Below are positions 13,060 to 26,894 of a stretch of 55,362 nt of DNA, piece by piece. The translations under genes and the position numbers were made by a program. This DNA is from Octopus sinensis (taxonomy: Eukaryota), in NCBI RefSeq assembly GCF_006345805.1, contig NW_021833786.1, positions 1 through 55,362 on the forward strand, written 5' to 3'. Under the pieces are notes generated by a model, which saw only the letters and a list, made by a program, of their open reading frames with translations, ran no database searches and had not been told where the DNA came from. Within the stretch, counting starts at the first letter, position 1. Every line of letters starts with the position of its first letter.

Positions 13060-13196
13060 ACGCACACACGCACACACACGCGCGCGCGCGCGCGCGATAG
13101 AGTGTGTGTGTGTGTGTATCTATGTATATATATATAAATGTGTATGTATGTATATATATTTATATGTGTGTGTGTGTGTCTGCGTGTGTGTGTGTA

Positions 13197-13253
<57 letters not shown>

Positions 13254-13265
13254 TGTGTCTGTGTG
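13060..13265. repeat. (CA)n-(CG)n-(GT)n alternating purine-pyrimidine tract
   Basis: Read directly; it abuts the left end of the Tc1 element. Confidence 0.9.
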
Positions 13266-13274
13266 TATCCTATA

Positions 13275-14515
13275 CAGGGGTTGGACAAAATAATGGATTA
13301 CCTTAAAATTTAAAACAAATTCATTTTAATATGGGGCAGGACCGCCTTTGGCAGTAATTACAGCTTGGATTCTACGAGGTATGGACTCGTTCAAAGTTTG
13401 AATTTTTATCCATTCTTCAGCTAAAACAGGTTCCAGTTCTTGTAGTAATGATGGTGGAGGATATCAACTCCTTACATGTTTTTTCTAAAATGCACCATAA
13501 ATGTTCGATAATATTGAGATCTGGGGACTGTGGTGGTCAGATAAGATGTTCAACTTCACTAAAATGTTCCTCATGCCATTCAGAAACAACTTTAGCCCTG
13601 TGAATTGGTGCATTATCATCCTGAAAGATTGCGTTTCCCTTCCGAAACAGTTTCGCAACCATAGGATGAATTTGATCAGATAAAATGCTTAAATAGTCTT
13701 GACTATTAATTCTGTCATGAAGGGAAACCATAGGGCCGGCGTATTTCCAAGATATAGCCCCTAAGATCACCAAAGATCTTCCTCCATATTTAACAGTTGA
13801 AAGAAAGCAGTCTAGGTTAAATGTTTCTTTTAGCTGTCTCCACACATATACTCGACCGGTGTTTGGAAACAGGGTAAAGGATGACTCATCCGAGAAAATA
13901 ACATTCTTCCACTGCTCTAGGGACCAATTCTGTGGTTTTTACTACACTCTAAACGCTTTGCAACGTTTGTTTTTGAAAGTAGTGGTTTTCTGATAGTAGC
14001 CCTCCCGTGAAATCCGGCTTTGTGCAGCAGCCGGCAAACAGCTTTCGTAGAAACTGGGTTCTCGAGGTGGGCATTAAGCTCTGCAGTAATTTGGGGAGCT
14101 ATACTTTTATGATCCTTTCTAACAATTCGCGTAAGAGTCCGACGGTCCCTATCTGAAAGTTTTGGTTTTCTTCCGGAGTTTTACTTCGACGAGGATGTTT
14201 TTCCCTCTTTCTCAAAGGTTGTGATTACTTTCGAGACAGTACTTCTTGATACACCAAACATTTCGGCTGTTTTCGTTACGCTAGCGCCTGCCATACGAGC
14301 ACCAACAATTTGACCTCTTTGAAAGCCCGATAGATCTGTCATTTTGATGAATTTTAATTACCTTTTTCTGATAATATCTGAAAAGAAACAGCAATTTTAG
14401 CAAAATATATGAAGCAACACTAATGATAAATAAAAGAAAACAAAAATAAACAAGCTTTTGACGATTTTATAGATATTTCAAAATTATGATGCTAGGGTGT
14501 TTCTATTATTTTGTC
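13275..14515 (-). mobile_element. Tc1-family (DD34E) DNA transposon, near full-length, inactivated
   Basis: ATG at 14342: MTDLSGFQRGQIVGAR (HTH)...TVKYGG...FQDDNAPIH...PPQSPDLNIIEHLW, with stops. Left TIR TA|CAGGGGTTGGACAAAATAATGGA; right TIR partial (TTTCTATTATTTTGTC). Confidence 0.93.
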
Positions 14516-15619
14516 GATAGAACCTAAAGGTGAAATTAATAGAGGTTACAAAAGTGACAGAGGGTTCTGACTAGCACCACTTTTGATAAGGATAGGAGTT
14601 AAAATAGCAAAAGCCACAGATGCACTGACAGAAGGGAGATAAGTCCCCAGCTTACGTAGCCGGATCGCGATTTCAGATTTTCTTGTAGATTTCGGATTTT
14701 GATGTAGCGGCTCTTAACGCCTAAAGTTGAACTCAATTACGTTTGTCAGTTTTATGAGAAAAACCGTTGAAAACCTAACGCGGCTTATTGGATTGCAGCT
14801 GAATTTATTTTATTATACTAATTTATATATCAATTCTCCTTAATTCCCGCTAACATTCACTAATCTTGGTTTGAGATGGGGTCAACATTACTTCATTATA
14901 AGTATCTAGATTTTAGTACTCTGTTGTATTTAATGTTTTAAAACATATTATTATATTTAAACATACTACGTGACTATTTCTGTAACCTAACCAGTTTTCA
15001 AGAACCTCAGTATCGAAACATTATAGAAATAGTGGTTGTGCATGTCTTTGCATGCATGTATGTTTGTGTGCGTGTGTGTATGTGTTTCTATTAATGAGAT
15101 TGTTCCTTCTCTTGATTTAGTATATACAGACACGAGAGAACACAAAAAAATAAAGTAATATAATATTTAATTGAAATTGATACTTCACTATTACGACTCT
15201 TTAATGTCGGTTCTGCGTGTAGATGTGGGTTAACAATAAGCATACATTGATTTGACATGCCGTTGAAATGTCACAAAATATTTAAAAATAAACTCACTAT
15301 TCGATAGCTGTAAGGGTCCTGTCAAATTAGTGTTAATATAATGGATACAAAATAGTTAACGATGTAAAATGTAAAGAGATACGTAATAGCACAATGAAAA
15401 TAGCAAAAAGGTTAAATAATACTTTTTACAAAATCCGTTTATTGCTTGAAACAAAACAATCAGTATACAGTATCCCTACGTAATTAGTTTTAGCCTCGTA
15501 GGTTAATAGATTTTACCTCCTATAAAAGATTCAATTAGATACACGTGTACCTGAAACATGCCTTATAAAAGACTTTTAAGATGTGAATAAAGTTTTCTCT
15601 TATAAATTTAGTCTAGGTC

Positions 15620-16430
15620 ATCGTAATGTAGCATCCAATCTGCGTGCTTGCCATTATTGGATTCCACTTGTTGTTTGGATGGCTTGGACAAACAGTATGC
15701 AAGATTGCTTACCGCATCGCCCATTGCTTACCACACCAAGATTTTCTGAAAATAAATTTAGATGAGAATGTAGGTGTATTTTTAACGACACCCAACAGTC
15801 CATTTCTTCACAGATATCAAGAAGACTCTCAACTATACCTTCAAATGCAAGGGACTGTTACCTATTAGCAATGAGTAGATGACAACAAAACCATAGCGGT
15901 GATGCACCACCCTGATGGCTGATCGTGGTTATATAAGATATCACAGCCAAAAATACGAGTTTTACATCTTGTATGGCAATTCTTTTCACCAAAACATAAA
16001 CAACTATAAAGTTGATTTGAAAGAAGATAAAACTTAAATACAGTGCTTGTATAATGCACTGTGTATATGATAAATTTATGGTTTCATACTTTATTCCAAT
16101 ATGCTGTCACAGCATTGCATTTACATGCAAGAATTATACAATCTCCCTACAAAACCACTTCAAAATACCTTTCAATAAGTGTGGAAGTTTCTACAAATAT
16201 CGTTAAGATTTTTGCTTTTTTTATTACAAAACTAATAAAGCAAAAATGAATCCGATGGTTCATATGTTGTCCTCGCTGATTACAATGACTCGTCTTTTAG
16301 TTAGTTAGGCTATGAGGTTACTGTAATGTGTCTCAGTAGAGGCGTCTACTTATGCACAGCCTATCGGTCAGAGACAGCCATTAGTGCAACTATAATCATA
16401 GGATACTCTTGAACACAATAAACCTAGTTG
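15620..16430 (-). mobile_element. Fossil DNA transposase, Chapaev3-like (CMC group)
   Basis: 15803-15733 translates MDCWVSLKIHLHSHLNLFSENLG, matching the MSLKIHFLHSHLDFFPENLG motif I associate with Chapaev3. The family name is from memory and the extent is approximate. Confidence 0.6.
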
Positions 16431-16486
16431 TTGCCTTATCGATACCTGAGTATTAATGTTCGATTTAATCAATGAAAGATTGATGA

Positions 16487-16958
16487 CACTGTGTAACACG
16501 GTTTTTGTCCTTTGGTAGCAACTGCTATTTTCAATTTGCTTACCCCTAGAAAATATGAAAAGTGGCTAATATTTCCTTCAAACTTCGCTTTTGTCACATT
16601 TATTCAAACCCCAAAGAATCCCTCTCAACACATGGCTATGATGCCCCCCCCCCACTACTCCTGCTCGTCGTGAGAGATGTACTTATTGTCAGATACTAAG
16701 GGACATGCCCAAGTGGTTAAAGTCAAGTAACAAGCAAGCAAATCTCTGGTATTGGGCAGAATATCATTATAGCAAACTATAATGATATTTCTGCTTCAGC
16801 AACTCAGTGCTAAATCTGACTGAAATGTAATGGAAAATAGGTCAGTTTCAAAACATTGATGTCGAGGTCACAAAAACAAAGCTGGAAGAGAATAATAGTC
16901 ATTTCCTTTTATTTCTAAATAGAAGTAATGACAAAAAATTTTTAATTTCGTTACAATG
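16487..16958. mobile_element. Non-autonomous TIR element with CAC...GTG-type termini
   Basis: CACTGTGTAAC...GTTACAATG ends. A second, left-truncated copy at ~21430-21794 ends GTTACAGTG. Confidence 0.6.
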
Positions 16959-17029
16959 TAGAAGAATGTTCGTTGCCATTTCCAGTGTACGGATGGTACG
17001 CGGTCAAAGAAAATCATCTACATCAAGGC

Positions 17030-18430
17030 GGAACAAACTAATCTTGACCGTACACTGCATTCTTGATCTCATTATTAATAAAATATCCAAGTATTCGCTT
17101 AAAAGTATTGATATTTTGTGTGGCTTTGATATTATCAAGCAAACCATTGTACGCAAAACATACAACAAAATCTAACATGTTCTCCGATCTATTTAGACGA
17201 ATCCTATCAATGAATATTTTGTTCTGATTTCTATTTTCTCTACCATTCACTTCGAAGTTGATCATTTATCTCGATGAGAAAGGCATATACATATCATTTT
17301 GGCGTTTATGAGCAAACAATGATAGTCTTTTCCTAGCAGGCTGCGACTACTGATGTGCAGAACAGAAAAATTTGTGCGTTTTGATTGAATTTATCATTGA
17401 ACTCATCGATTGAATATTCTTCACATTTGGCCTAATATTGATCAAAATTATCAATATCAGGAATCGCGTCAAATATATCACCATATTTCCGTGTTTCACA
17501 TAACTTTCTCCATTTTGACAACACAAGATGGACATTTTGAGTCGTGGGAGTTGTGATCGGAATTTTTGGATAGTTTATGGCAATTTGTCCAGATTGACTT
17601 TTGTTTGTTAACGCTCGTTGTAGAAGGGTGTCGTCCTACTCAGTAACCATATATTTCATCGTTATTGCAAATAGCTGAATAATAACCGAATTGTTTGCAT
17701 GGTATAACATGATAATGTAGTGTCACATAGCAATTTCTCAAACCAATAAAGATTCTACCATTTTGCATTATTTTGTTTGCGAGCTTTGCTGAATATTTAA
17801 AAACAATTAATACCTCCTATTTTTTTTTGGGGGGGGGTCATCTTCAATGTACAATTTGAAGAGAAAACTCCTCCTCCGTCATTAATCCAACCAGATCATG
17901 GTTCTTTTCTCATGTCATCCTTATAAGGTTTTCTCTCGAGACCTCGGGATCAATGTTTTTATTCTATCTTTGTAGAGAATTGATATTTTGTCAATGCATC
18001 AAGGGCTTTATCTCTCTATATTTGTCTGAAATGAAATGTATAAGTATAGTTCCATTCGGACGTTGTTTTGTATTTACCACTGGAATATTTTTAAGACTTT
18101 GACCTCGCCCTGTTGTCAGAATCATTCGTAAATAATATTGATAAGGATGACATCGTTTTAGATGATGGTTTCGAATTCTCAGTCACAGCTTCGGTATAAG
18201 TTTTTTGCTTAATTGCATCCGATATAACATCGTTCATTCGATTCATTTGCGCCTTTAACTTCAAAATCCCTGGCATGAGTCTTTAATCTTCCGACATTTT
18301 TTCTAATATTCGGATTCTTTCAACCAAAGTGTTCACATAACAATGAGAGTTGGTTTTGCTTTCCATTCAACTCTTGTTGCTATCTATCCCCATCTTGTAG
18401 TTCCCATCTTCCTGGGGGGATAGCTTCCAC
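17030..18430 (-). mobile_element. Degenerate L2/Crack-like LINE with a large internal deletion
   Basis: ORF1-like KTYTEAV...DNRARSK, APE start FSVLHISSRSL, then directly an ORF2 tail (YNGLLDNIKATQNINTFKRILGY). Confidence 0.6.
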
Positions 18431-20455
18431 AAGATGTCAAGACTAGAGTATAAAATATTATTCATCGGATGAGAATATTTGATCTAATATGTCTGCTTTT
18501 TTTTTTTCGGATCTATTATGTCTGTCTTTTCCCCTTCTATAATTTCAGCTAAATTTATTTACAGATATATTTGAAATGTTAAACGAAAAGATTAATTAAG
18601 AAAATGAAGAACGTACAACTGTTAACACTGATGTTCCTACCTCTTTCCCTCTTTAATATAAAAATAACGAAGTTTTAAAATGTTTTAACAATAATGGATG
18701 TATGTGCATTCCAATCGCTTCAGAAAAATAATAGTTATCAGAATTATGTAAAATTATGGTTATCAGAATTATGGAGTGGGGATGTGATAAAATCCCAGTT
18801 TAAAGTGTAAGAATCAACATAAACATAACAGTTTGTTAGTTTGACTGATACGTAATGTATTATATATACTGATTAGATTATGTTTATCATGACACACACA
18901 AAATTTATTTTTTACATAGAATATACTTGTAAAATAGGAATGCATCTTATATGCTGGGAAATACAGTTAAAGCCTGCAAAGCTTTTAATTCAATTGTATT
19001 TTAGGTTTGTTCAAATTCTATATCTTTTAAAACCATTGATTTGCAGCCCCACACAAATACCTACCTTGAACTTTTGCTGCACACACTTTCAGAATTTGCA
19101 TGTCTGGTAACTTGAGCTAAGATCATTTGTTGAAACTGAAGCAATTACATCGTGAAAGTGTCATTCTAACCATTTAGTAACACTCAAAACTGTCAAATTT
19201 ACTTTAAATTTCATGAGGTGCAAAATTTTTCACAGCAAAACTTCAACCTGGTTACTAACATAATTCCACTGCAACTATTCGAAACTTTGTTGCTTGTCTC
19301 TATGTGTTTTTCCTTTAATTTCCTTTTCTTTTGTGTTGAGCTTATGAATATACAGGTTTCTTGTTTTAACTGTCTGTCTTTAACCTCATGACAGCAATTA
19401 GTCATCATTAGTAAATTTCAATTTCCATTCTTCCTTTGCTTTTTTTACAGCATTGTATATATTCTACATTTTTTCTTCACTTCTTTTTCTTAATTATTTT
19501 CATTTTTTAAAACTTGTTTTACCTTCCTCTTTCTGAAAAAACAGTTGCAGTTACACTCACACAGCATGGTGGCTTGTACCAGAACATTTTTCTCTTCCTA
19601 GGTTTGTTGGTGTTTTTGGCTTTCCATCTAACTTTAAATAAGAACTACCTGTAATAGAAATTGTTGTGTGCAATAGTAGAATGGCAGAAATTTTGAGTTC
19701 TGTGAACCTCATAGATAAGAAAAATTTGAAAATGATTAGTTTTATCAAGGCCACAATAGAATAGAGATAGGATTACTCTAAGTAGAAAAAGCATAGCATC
19801 TGAACTTGTTTAATGCAAGGATTCAAAATCGAACTAGCTGGACTACTTCATTTCACATCATTGACAGAGATTTCAAGTCTCAGAGTGTACTTATATATCA
19901 AACAACCAAACTGATGTAAAATTCAATATATAAGACAACTAGATGTGAAAGAACAGAGCAGCAGGAGAAACTAAACAAAACATAGCCTTTGGAAATTTCA
20001 AACGATGCAAACATTCAGGGCAGTGGCTGTGTGACAGGTTATTGTTTCATGGTCTTTTTCTGGTATGGAAAAATGGTCATACACCTGAGAAGAATAGTGA
20101 TGTGGATGGCAGTGATGATGATGCTGATAACATGTAAGATGATCGACATGCTGAGTGCATATAAGCATGTGATCAGTTATCATATAGGATAGGTTCATAA
20201 TGCATCATTGAAGACATCATCCTTATATACATAAGCAAAGGTAAAGTCTAATCTTTCTCTTATCATAACCTGCAGGAGAAGCAGAATAGAGAACTGCAAG
20301 CTAATGAAATACTCGTCAAGCTGAGATAACTAGGAATAAACAACAACAACAATAATGGTGATGATGGCAGCAACAGTAATAACAATAACAGTGGAATTTA
20401 CATTGATTTTGTGTTTTAATATAAATAAAACTTTCTAAACAAAAATACTGTAAAG

Positions 20456-20561
20456 CTATTTGTTTTTCATTGCTCGTTTTCCTTCTCCTTTCTTGGGTTT
20501 CGTTTTGCCACGAAGTGCACGTAGTCGTTTCATTTCCTCTTTGAAATCTAAATGTTCATCT
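20456..20561 (-). CDS. MRPS33: Mitochondrial ribosomal protein S33, coding exon 2 (last)
   Basis: Acceptor ttttgtttgtaatttcag, then (R)[37 protein letters not shown], matching the conserved RDEH.DF...[11 protein letters not shown] C-terminus. Joined CDS is 315 nt = 104 aa. ATTAAA at 20420-20415 is a likely poly(A) signal. Confidence 0.96.
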
Positions 20562-20641
20562 CTGAAATTACAAACAAAATGAGTCTGATTTAAGAATTGC
20601 ATCAAGAAAATCATTTTAAAAACAAACAAAACCATTTGGAT

Positions 20642-20934
20642 CAGGGGTGCTCAACCCCCTTTTTTTTTACCTATGGACCCCTTTGATTTCTATTTTACTC
20701 TGGTGGACCCCCATAACCTCCCAATGTTAAAAATCTAGATTTATACATACACCTTTCAAAATTTCTATTTCATTTTTCACACATTAGCTTTTGTAGGTTG
20801 AACTATATAAAATGTTAGAGAAAGAAAACTAGCTGTTTCTTCCAATAAATAAATCTAAATATTTTTTCATGGGCCCTTAATATACTAGTGTGGATCCCCA
20901 AAAATCTTATATGGACCCCAGTTGAGAACCACTG
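20642..20934. mobile_element. hAT (Charlie-type) MITE in the MRPS33 intron
   Basis: TIRs CAGGGGTGCTCAAC / GTTGAGAACCACTG. Degenerate 8-bp TSD ATTTGGAT / GTTTAGAT. Confidence 0.8.
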
Positions 20935-22558
20935 GTTTAGATCAATGATAGAATACCAATAGAGAACCTGAAGAGAGGTGTCTGAGTGCCTAGGATCAGT
21001 ATATCTACAGAGTTTAGAGTTCCTGGAGCATTATACCTACAAATTGTAGACTACTTGTAGAGAATATGGGACTTTTATAGTTATATATTGTGACCTTTAT
21101 GGCTAAAAACCCAGGAAGACAGGTAAAAAACCTGGGCTCTTTATAGTTACATACTGTGGAATCTGTAACATCTGAGGTCTTTATATACTGTAAAAAAATG
21201 TTGCAGTAAAACTGCATCAGTGACCAGATCGCAGTTGTGCAACAAAAATCTTAACACCTCATGAAATAAATTTTGAAGCAAATTTAATAGTTTTGTATGT
21301 TATGAAATGGTTTTAAGTGGCTCTTCTGCAATGTAGTTACACTTAAAGAAATATTTTTAGAAATGGAAAGACAGGTAGATATCCCAACAAAGTCAGATGG
21401 ATGGTAACAGCATGCCATATAAAGCTTAAGTTTTACACTTCAAACCCCAAAGAATCCCCATCAACATATGGCTATGATGTTCCCCCACTACTTCTACTCA
21501 TGATCAGAGATGCACATATTGTTAGTCACTAAGAAAGTGGTTATAGTCAAGTAACTGATAAGTAAATCTCTGGTATTGAGCAAAATATTTACTATAACAA
21601 TATTTCTGCTTCAGCAACTCTGCTGAATCTGTCTGAAATATAACGAAAAATAGGTTGGTTTCAAAACATTGATGTCCAGGTGACAAAAGCAAAGTTTGAC
21701 AGGAATAGTAGTCATTGCTTTTGATTTCTAGATAGAAGCAAATAGGAAATAACACACTTATTGACAAAAGACAAAAAAAAATCTTGTTACAGTGTAATGA
21801 AATACATTTCAATAAGTATCTACTGAAACCTCACAAATCCAATGTGATGAACAATTAAAAAGGGAAATAAAAATAAACAGTAAAATAAAAATATTGAATA
21901 CAATCTCTGTTCTGTGAATGAAAATATCCTGCAAGTGTTTTTGGATTGCCAGCAAAGGTTATATGTGTTCATGTTGTGTTTGTCAAATACAAATCAACCT
22001 AGCAGATCACATAAATACGGAAACTAAAATTAAACTGGTTCAGCCAGGAATTGAATTTGCGTAGCAGCTGTCAGATTAGCAGGAGCTTATTCTCCGAAGA
22101 CATTTATAAAAATTGATGTTTAGCTTTAATTCTATGGCATTAAGCAGCTAAAAGTAAAATCTTGCTTTGGGTAGCATGCCACTTGTACCAGTGGCATATA
22201 AAAAGCACCCTTTGAACATTGAGCCTCACGGAGGTATTGACAAGTGACCAAGACCATTGGTGATATGCCATGCTTGAGAAAACATGTCAAACAAGTAAAA
22301 TCATAGTTTTGGCCAATACTGGTGTCAGGTAACTAGCACCTATGCTAGTGGCATGTGAAAAGCACCCATTATACTCTTGGAGTGGTTGGCATTAGGAAGG
22401 ACATCCAGCCGTAGAAATCATGCCAAATCAGACTGAAACCTGGTGCAGCTCTGCAGCTTACCAGTTCCAGTCAAACCATCTAACTCATGCCAGCATGGAA
22501 AGCAGATGTTAAATGATGATGATTATCATCATCACCATTTCACTTCTACAAGTATTAC

Positions 22559-22767
22559 CTGAACAAGCCGTGGTTGCGAAGTCTCAGCATGAGTGAGTTT
22601 ATCTCTCTTAAAGGTGGATAATAATCAACAACATGAGGATCCATATTATAAGGTCGATCTTTGAACAATTTAAATAGTCGGTTGGTTTTCTTGGGAATAG
22701 GTCGTACAACTTCTCCAAATATCCGTGCTGACAATCGTGCCATTCTCTGAGCATAATTGGACGCCAT
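22559..22767 (-). CDS. MRPS33: Mitochondrial ribosomal protein S33, coding exon 1
   Basis: Translates MASNYAQRMARLSARIFGEVVRP...YYPPLREINSLMLRLRNHGLFR, the recognisable MRPS33 N-terminus. GT donor at 22558-22557 (phase 2). Upstream acceptor (tttatctattacag) at 22797-22796 gives a short 5' UTR part. Confidence 0.96.
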
Positions 22768-23003
22768 TTGGAAATTGACAGGAATTGGTCAATATCTGTA
22801 ATAGATAAAAATTTTTTCCATAAATAGTTTTTCACTTTGAAAAATGTGATGTAGGTTGGTTTTGTTAGGAAGGAAGGCATCATCATTACATATTTTATAA
22901 AGTATCATTTCACTAGGCCATAAAATTGTCCAGAGACATGAAGGTGCAACAAATTTGGGGAATGTATTTCAGGAGTAAAACAGAAATGAAAGCTAATAAA
23001 ATA

Positions 23004-23365
23004 GGTGCAGGCATGGCTGTGTAGTTAGAAGTTTGCTTCCTAACCACATGGTTCCAAGTTCAGTCCTTGAGCAAGTATCTGCTACTATAGTCCCAGACCA
23101 AGCAAGGCCTTGTGAGATTTGGTAGATGGAAACCAGAAGAAATCTGTCGTGGATGTGTGTAAGTGTGTGTGTGTTTGTTCCCCACCACTGCTCAACAACT
23201 AGTGGTTTGTTTGCAACCCCATAACTTAGCTGTTTGGCAAAAGGAGACCAATAGAATAAATACCAATGTTAAAAATAAGAACCGGGATCAATTTGTTCAA
23301 CTAAACCTTTCAAGGTGGTGCCCCAGCATCGCTGCAGTCCAATGAATGAAACAAGCAAAGAAATA
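23004..23365 (+). mobile_element. SINE family B, long form
   Basis: GGTGCAGGCATGGCTGTGT head through the GCAGTCCAATGAATGAAACAAG tail. Other copies or fragments at ~716-777(-), 4498-4590, 23758-23845, 24990-25162(-), 28490-28770, 30795-31040, 34463-34855, 50282-50408(-) and 50960-51150. Confidence 0.8.
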
Positions 23366-23934
23366 AAAAAATATATTCAATATAAGTCTTCAAGTATTGG
23401 TTTCTAAATTAGACACACGGTAAGCTATTTTGAGGGGAGGAGTTGATACCAACACACCTCAGTTCTTGACTCAGAGTTTATTTTATCAACCACCCTTTCT
23501 GAGAGATGATAAAGTTGAACTCAGAATGTAAAGAACTGGAACAAAAACCTCAAAGCATTTTCCCCAATGTTCTAACAATCCTACCAATCCAATGTCCTAA
23601 TAAAGCCTAAAGAATTAATCAGGAAATCAAAAATTTCATTATTTTCCAATTACAAATAATGAAAACTAAAATACTGAATGAACTATATTTTTTGCTTTTA
23701 TTGTGTCTTTTTATCTTCGCTCTTTGCTTCAATTTAAATCTCAATAAAAATACACAACAGGTATGGCTGTGGGGTAAGAAGCTTGCTTCCAAACTACACT
23801 GTTCTAGGTTCAGTCTCACCACATCACACCTTGCACAAGAGACTTCTACTATATATATATATATATATATATAAATCTCAAGATTTGATGTTACCAAATT
23901 ATATTACCTTATTAATATTACTTATATTTATAAG

Positions 23935-24390
23935 ACAGCAAGCTGGCAGAATCGTTAGTATGCCAGGTGAAATGCTTAGCAACATTTTATCCGTCTTCAG
24001 GTTCTAAGTTCAAACTCTGTCAAGGTTGACTTTGCCTTTCACTCTTTTGGGATCAATAAAATAAGTACCAGTTAAGCACTGGAGTCAATGCAATCAACTT
24101 ACCCACTCCCAGAAATTGCTGGCCATGTGCAAAAATTTAAAATCAATATAACTTATATTTAAAGGTAGTGAGCTAGCAGAATCAGTAGTGCACTGGACAA
24201 AATGCTTAGCAGCACTTCATCCATCTTTACATTCTGAGTTCAAATTCCACTGAAGTCAATTTTGCCTTTCATCCTTCTGAGGTGAATAAAATAAGTACCA
24301 GTTAAGCACTGGGGTCAATGTAATCAACTTGCTCCCTCCCCCTCCCCCAACATTGCTGGCCTTATGCCAAAATTTGAAGCCAATATTACT
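23935..24390 (+). mobile_element. Two tandem SINE family A copies
   Basis: Same head and body as the 8672 copy, at ~23935 and ~24161. Confidence 0.8.
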
Positions 24391-25789
24391 TAAATTTAAT
24401 GATTTTCTCTTAAGTAATATCCAAATAATAAATAAATATGTATAATATTTCAATAATTAAAAATTGGTTTCATTTACTCTTGAAAAAGAAAATTAATTAT
24501 GCAAGTATTCAAGAAATTAACACTAACACTGGGATAGCACATTCTTAATTAGATGGAGATAAAGTAAATTTAATGAAGAACGAATATTCTTTTATTCTCT
24601 TAACTATTCCAAAGATATAATCTATGTAACTGACTTCAGTAATTTGATTTATAAGTGTTTTATCAATCTCAGGGCAGTACATGACATTACAACATAAAGG
24701 GGCCTACCAAAATGCCATAAAATTCTGGGCTATGCTCTACCAATTCCAAATTCTAGTGCCAAAATAAGAATCATCACCATGGTTTTCATGTCCACTTTTC
24801 TATACATGCATGTGTTGAGATAGATTTTCTGTGGCTGGATGCCCTTCCTGTGACTCAACCACACCTGTTTCCAAGTAAGGTAATATTTCCCTATGACCAG
24901 ACAGGCTTTCACAGAAGATTGAAAACAAAGAACACCACTTGCATGATGGTGACATTCATTTACAACTATCACATGAAGTCATGGCAAGGAGACAGTAGCA
25001 CACACAAGTACACATAAACACAACAGGCTTCTTTCAGTTTCCTTCTTCTAAATCTACTGACAAGGCTTGGACAGCTCAGAGTTATAGTACAAGACACTTG
25101 CCTAAGATAGAACCCGGAACCATGTGGTTGGGAAAACAATCTTCTTGACACACAGCTAAGCTTGCATATTAATTCAAATGTATTTTTGGGAATGAAACCT
25201 TCCTTTTAACAATTTATCACCAATTAAATGTTTGTTTTGCATCAGTTTAGAAATATCTAGTAACCAAAAGAGAGAGTACTACTCTTGGTTTATATTATAT
25301 TCTGACCAGTGGTTCTTTATAGGAAGAAATAAAGTTCAATAGTACATGACTATACATGTCGTGAAGTCACTATATGACAATTTATAGACATGTAGTCACA
25401 CAGCTTTCTCAAAACATTAATTAGTATTTTGTCCAAGCAATACTGTAAACTGGGTTTTGTTAACTTTTGACGTGAAATAAAAAATCATTTACAAAATATT
25501 TCTTGTGACATCAAAATTCTAGGACATTTTCAATATTTCGCAAAACAGAACCACTGGAAAATTTTAATTTATGAAAATAGATAACTAAATCTTATTTACA
25601 GGTCATATTTTGTGATGTGGATTATATAGGCAGCTATAAGATTCCTGCATTTTAAGTTGCAGGTCAAGCTGGAATTTAGGCAGCAAGTCAACCTGAGTAC
25701 TAACTGTATGTACATGTGGTCTTTCATCTTCAGACATAATATTATCTGAATTGTATATGTGTATGTCAGAGTGTGTATATATATATATA

Positions 25790-26215
25790 TATATATATGA
25801 AAGGCCAATTACTTAAGGTAGAAGGAAACTGTAGAAGAAGGAGATGCAAGAAGATAAGGGACGAAGTACTGAAGGCCAATCTCAAAATGGTGAGCCTTAC
25901 AAAGGAGATGACAGAGGAACAAGATATGTGGCGCACTGCTATTCTCAAGATGACCTGCCCACCACAACAGTACTGAGATCCTAAAATCAAGGTGTCATAT
26001 ACAAAGCATTGGTGTGGGTGCTGGTATCAAATAAAAAGCTTTAGTGCTGGTGCCACATGAAAAGCACCCAGTAAAGTGGTCAGTGGTAGGAATGGCATCT
26101 AGCCATAGAAACCAAGCCAAAGCAGATTATGGAACTTGGTGTGGCCCCTGGCTTTGTCAAGCTATCCAACCCATGTCAGCATGCACAATGGGCATTAAAT
26201 GTCAATGATGATGAT
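25790..26215 (+). mobile_element. RTE-clade LINE 3' fragment (ORF end + 3' UTR)
   Basis: KVEGNCRRRRCKKIRDEVLK...EMTEEQDMWRTAI runs into the AAAAGCACC...ATGATGATG 3' UTR. Another RTE coding fragment (ACMQTAMLHGIETWAVT) lies at ~50095-50200. Confidence 0.7.
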
Positions 26216-26894
26216 CATCATTATCATATAATAATCATCATCATGTCCACTTTACCATGCTTGCATAGTCAGACAGAATTTATTGATACAGATTTTCTAC
26301 AATCAGATGCCTTTCCTGTTGCCAACACTCACCTGTTTCCAAGCAAGGTTTAATATATTTCAATAGCCAGACATGTTCCTGCAGAATATTGGAAACAACT
26401 CACACTGCTTGTAAGAGAAAGGAACAGCAATCATTTTTACAACTATCATATGATGTCAAGACAAGGAGACACACACAAACACTCATATATAAACATACAC
26501 TCACATGACTATGTCATGATAGCTGTGTGTGTGTATACACAGTCAAAAGTGTCATGTTAGATTGTCGTCACAACAATAACACACCACCACTTTGTGATCA
26601 GCTGTGATGATGAATTCCATTACCAATTGTGTCAAAGGAGCAAAATGAAGACTGCCATTATGTGAATGTAGAACAAGTGAGCCTGGCAAAGCAAATCACA
26701 GCTTTCACAAACTAATGAAATACTGGACATTTCTATGCCACTTATGGCAACCATGCCAATTTACAGCTTAGTGAACAGACCCACAATGTTAGCCTTGAAT
26801 TAGTTAATTACAGGATAAAACCATTATTCTTTTGATGCTATAAATTCCTAATCTCTCTCTCTAATCAACAATAGTATATCACTTTAGAAACATG

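Noticed and set aside
26592-26710. Short inverted repeat with GTGATGA (C/D snoRNA candidate)
   Set aside because: There is no box D, box C lies inside the stem, and a 9-bp perfect stem is expected by chance at this scale.
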